From: Candidatus Dormiibacterota bacterium
GTDB taxonomy: Bacteria > Chloroflexota > Dormibacteria > Dormibacterales > Dormibacteraceae
Length of the DNA stretch: 64,000 nt
Assembly: GCA_036272915.1 (NCBI GenBank)
Contig: DATAXV010000112.1
Location: 22,510-86,509, forward strand
Reading direction: 5' to 3'
Made by a program: the position numbers and the translations under genes. Numbering within the stretch: the first letter of the stretch is position 1; each line of letters begins with the position of its first letter. Below the pieces are notes generated by a model, which did no database searches, was not told the DNA's origin, and worked only from the letters and a program-made list of their open reading frames with translations. Positions 63,444 to 64,000 of this stretch are shown here, in pieces.

Positions 63444-64000
63444 GCCTCGGCCGGCCTCCGTTCCCAGGAGGCGACATCCATTCCCGGCTTCTGCAGGACC
63501 GGATCGTCATGCTCGGTCCTCCCCTGGACGCGGAGGCCGCCGCTGCCGTGGTCGGTCAGCTGCTCCTGCTCGAGGCCAGGAAGCCCGGAAAGGACATCGG
63601 CCTCTACGTCAACAGCGCCGGCGGACCGCTGGACGCGGCCCTCGGCGTCTACGACGTGATGCAGTCGATCGACTCCGACGTCTGCACGCTCTGCACCGGC
63701 CAGGCCGCCGGCACCGCCGCCATGCTCCTCGCCGCTGGTGCGCCCGGCAAGCGGATGGCGCTGGCGCACGCCCGGATCGTACTTCAGCAGCCGTCGTCAG
63801 GCCCGATCGAGGGCCGCGCCAGCCAGGTCGCGGTGCTCGCCCACGAGCTCCTTCGCGGGCGGGATCGCCTGATCGAGATCCTCTCCCAGCATTGCGGCAG
63901 GCACAGAGAGCAGGTCGAGGGCGAGCTCGAGCGCGAATACCACATGACACCCGAGCAGGCCGTCGCCTGGGGCGTGATCGACGGCATAGCCGGCCGCAAT
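63440..64000 (+). CDS. ClpP-family protein with a substituted catalytic triad (ClpR-like); 3' end at or beyond the window edge
   Basis: The ATG overlaps the upstream stop (ATGA). It is collinear with ClpP: RIVMLGPPLD, DIGLYVNSAGG, YDVMQSI. However it reads GQAAGTAAMLL instead of GQAASMG, IVLQQP instead of IMIHQP, and LEREYHM instead of TERDRF. This ORF is absent from the supplied track because no stop lies inside the window. Confidence 0.85.
   Translation, partial: MSLGRPPFPGGDIHSRLLQDRIVMLGPPLDAEAAAAVVGQLLLLEARKPGKDIGLYVNSAGGPLDAALGVYDVMQSIDSDVCTLCTGQAAGTAAMLLAAGAPGKRMALAHARIVLQQPSSGPIEGRASQVAVLAHELLRGRDRLIEILSQHCGRHREQVEGELEREYHMTPEQAVAWGVIDGIAGRN

Overview
Very GC-rich, gene-dense bacterial chromosomal segment with an actinobacterial character. 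It carries the F420 genes cofD and cofC-cofE, a ClgR/PopR-like regulator next to a clpP homologue, and an ECF sigma factor with a C-terminal extension. GTG/TTG starts and 4-nt ATGA/GTGA gene overlaps are frequent. Many long ORFs in the six-frame track are out-of-frame or antisense shadows typical of high-GC DNA; about 60 ORFs look real. Content is mostly housekeeping and accessory metabolism: pckA, an acyl-CoA carboxylase beta subunit, metH, nth, ung, bcp, ohr, birA, a roughly 7-kb sugar/polyol-type catabolic cluster, and TetR/MarR/LysR/XRE regulators with transporters. No rRNA, tRNA, CRISPR array or intact mobile element was seen.

Most interesting observations:
1. A minus-strand unit at 58.3-53.5 kb reads TPP riboswitch, coupled uORF, tenA-like gene, NCS1 permease. 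Then comes a 30-codon leader ORF with four consecutive Thr codons and a perfect intrinsic terminator only 20 nt before an N-terminally truncated (editing-domain-less) ThrRS paralogue. A DapA-family gene follows. This looks like a Thr-sensing attenuator on an aaRS-like gene.
2. At the right edge, a ClgR-like XRE gene is translationally coupled to a ClpP homologue in which all three catalytic-triad positions are substituted (Ser->Gly, His->Gln, Asp->Glu).
3. An XRE-cupin / MFS / leuC / leuD operon in which LeuD is fused to a SAM-dependent methyltransferase and leuC carries an internal out-of-frame deletion.
4. A MaoC hotdog protein with a roughly 370-aa Pro/Ala/Glu-rich tail containing 36-bp tandem repeats and poly-Arg clusters.
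5. An unusual load of disrupted genes with different lesion types: leuC, a DUF998 gene, an ECF sigma gene at a C8 tract, a multiply decayed SDR gene, and an integrase remnant.

All family assignments come from reading motifs by eye. No database search or folding calculation was run.
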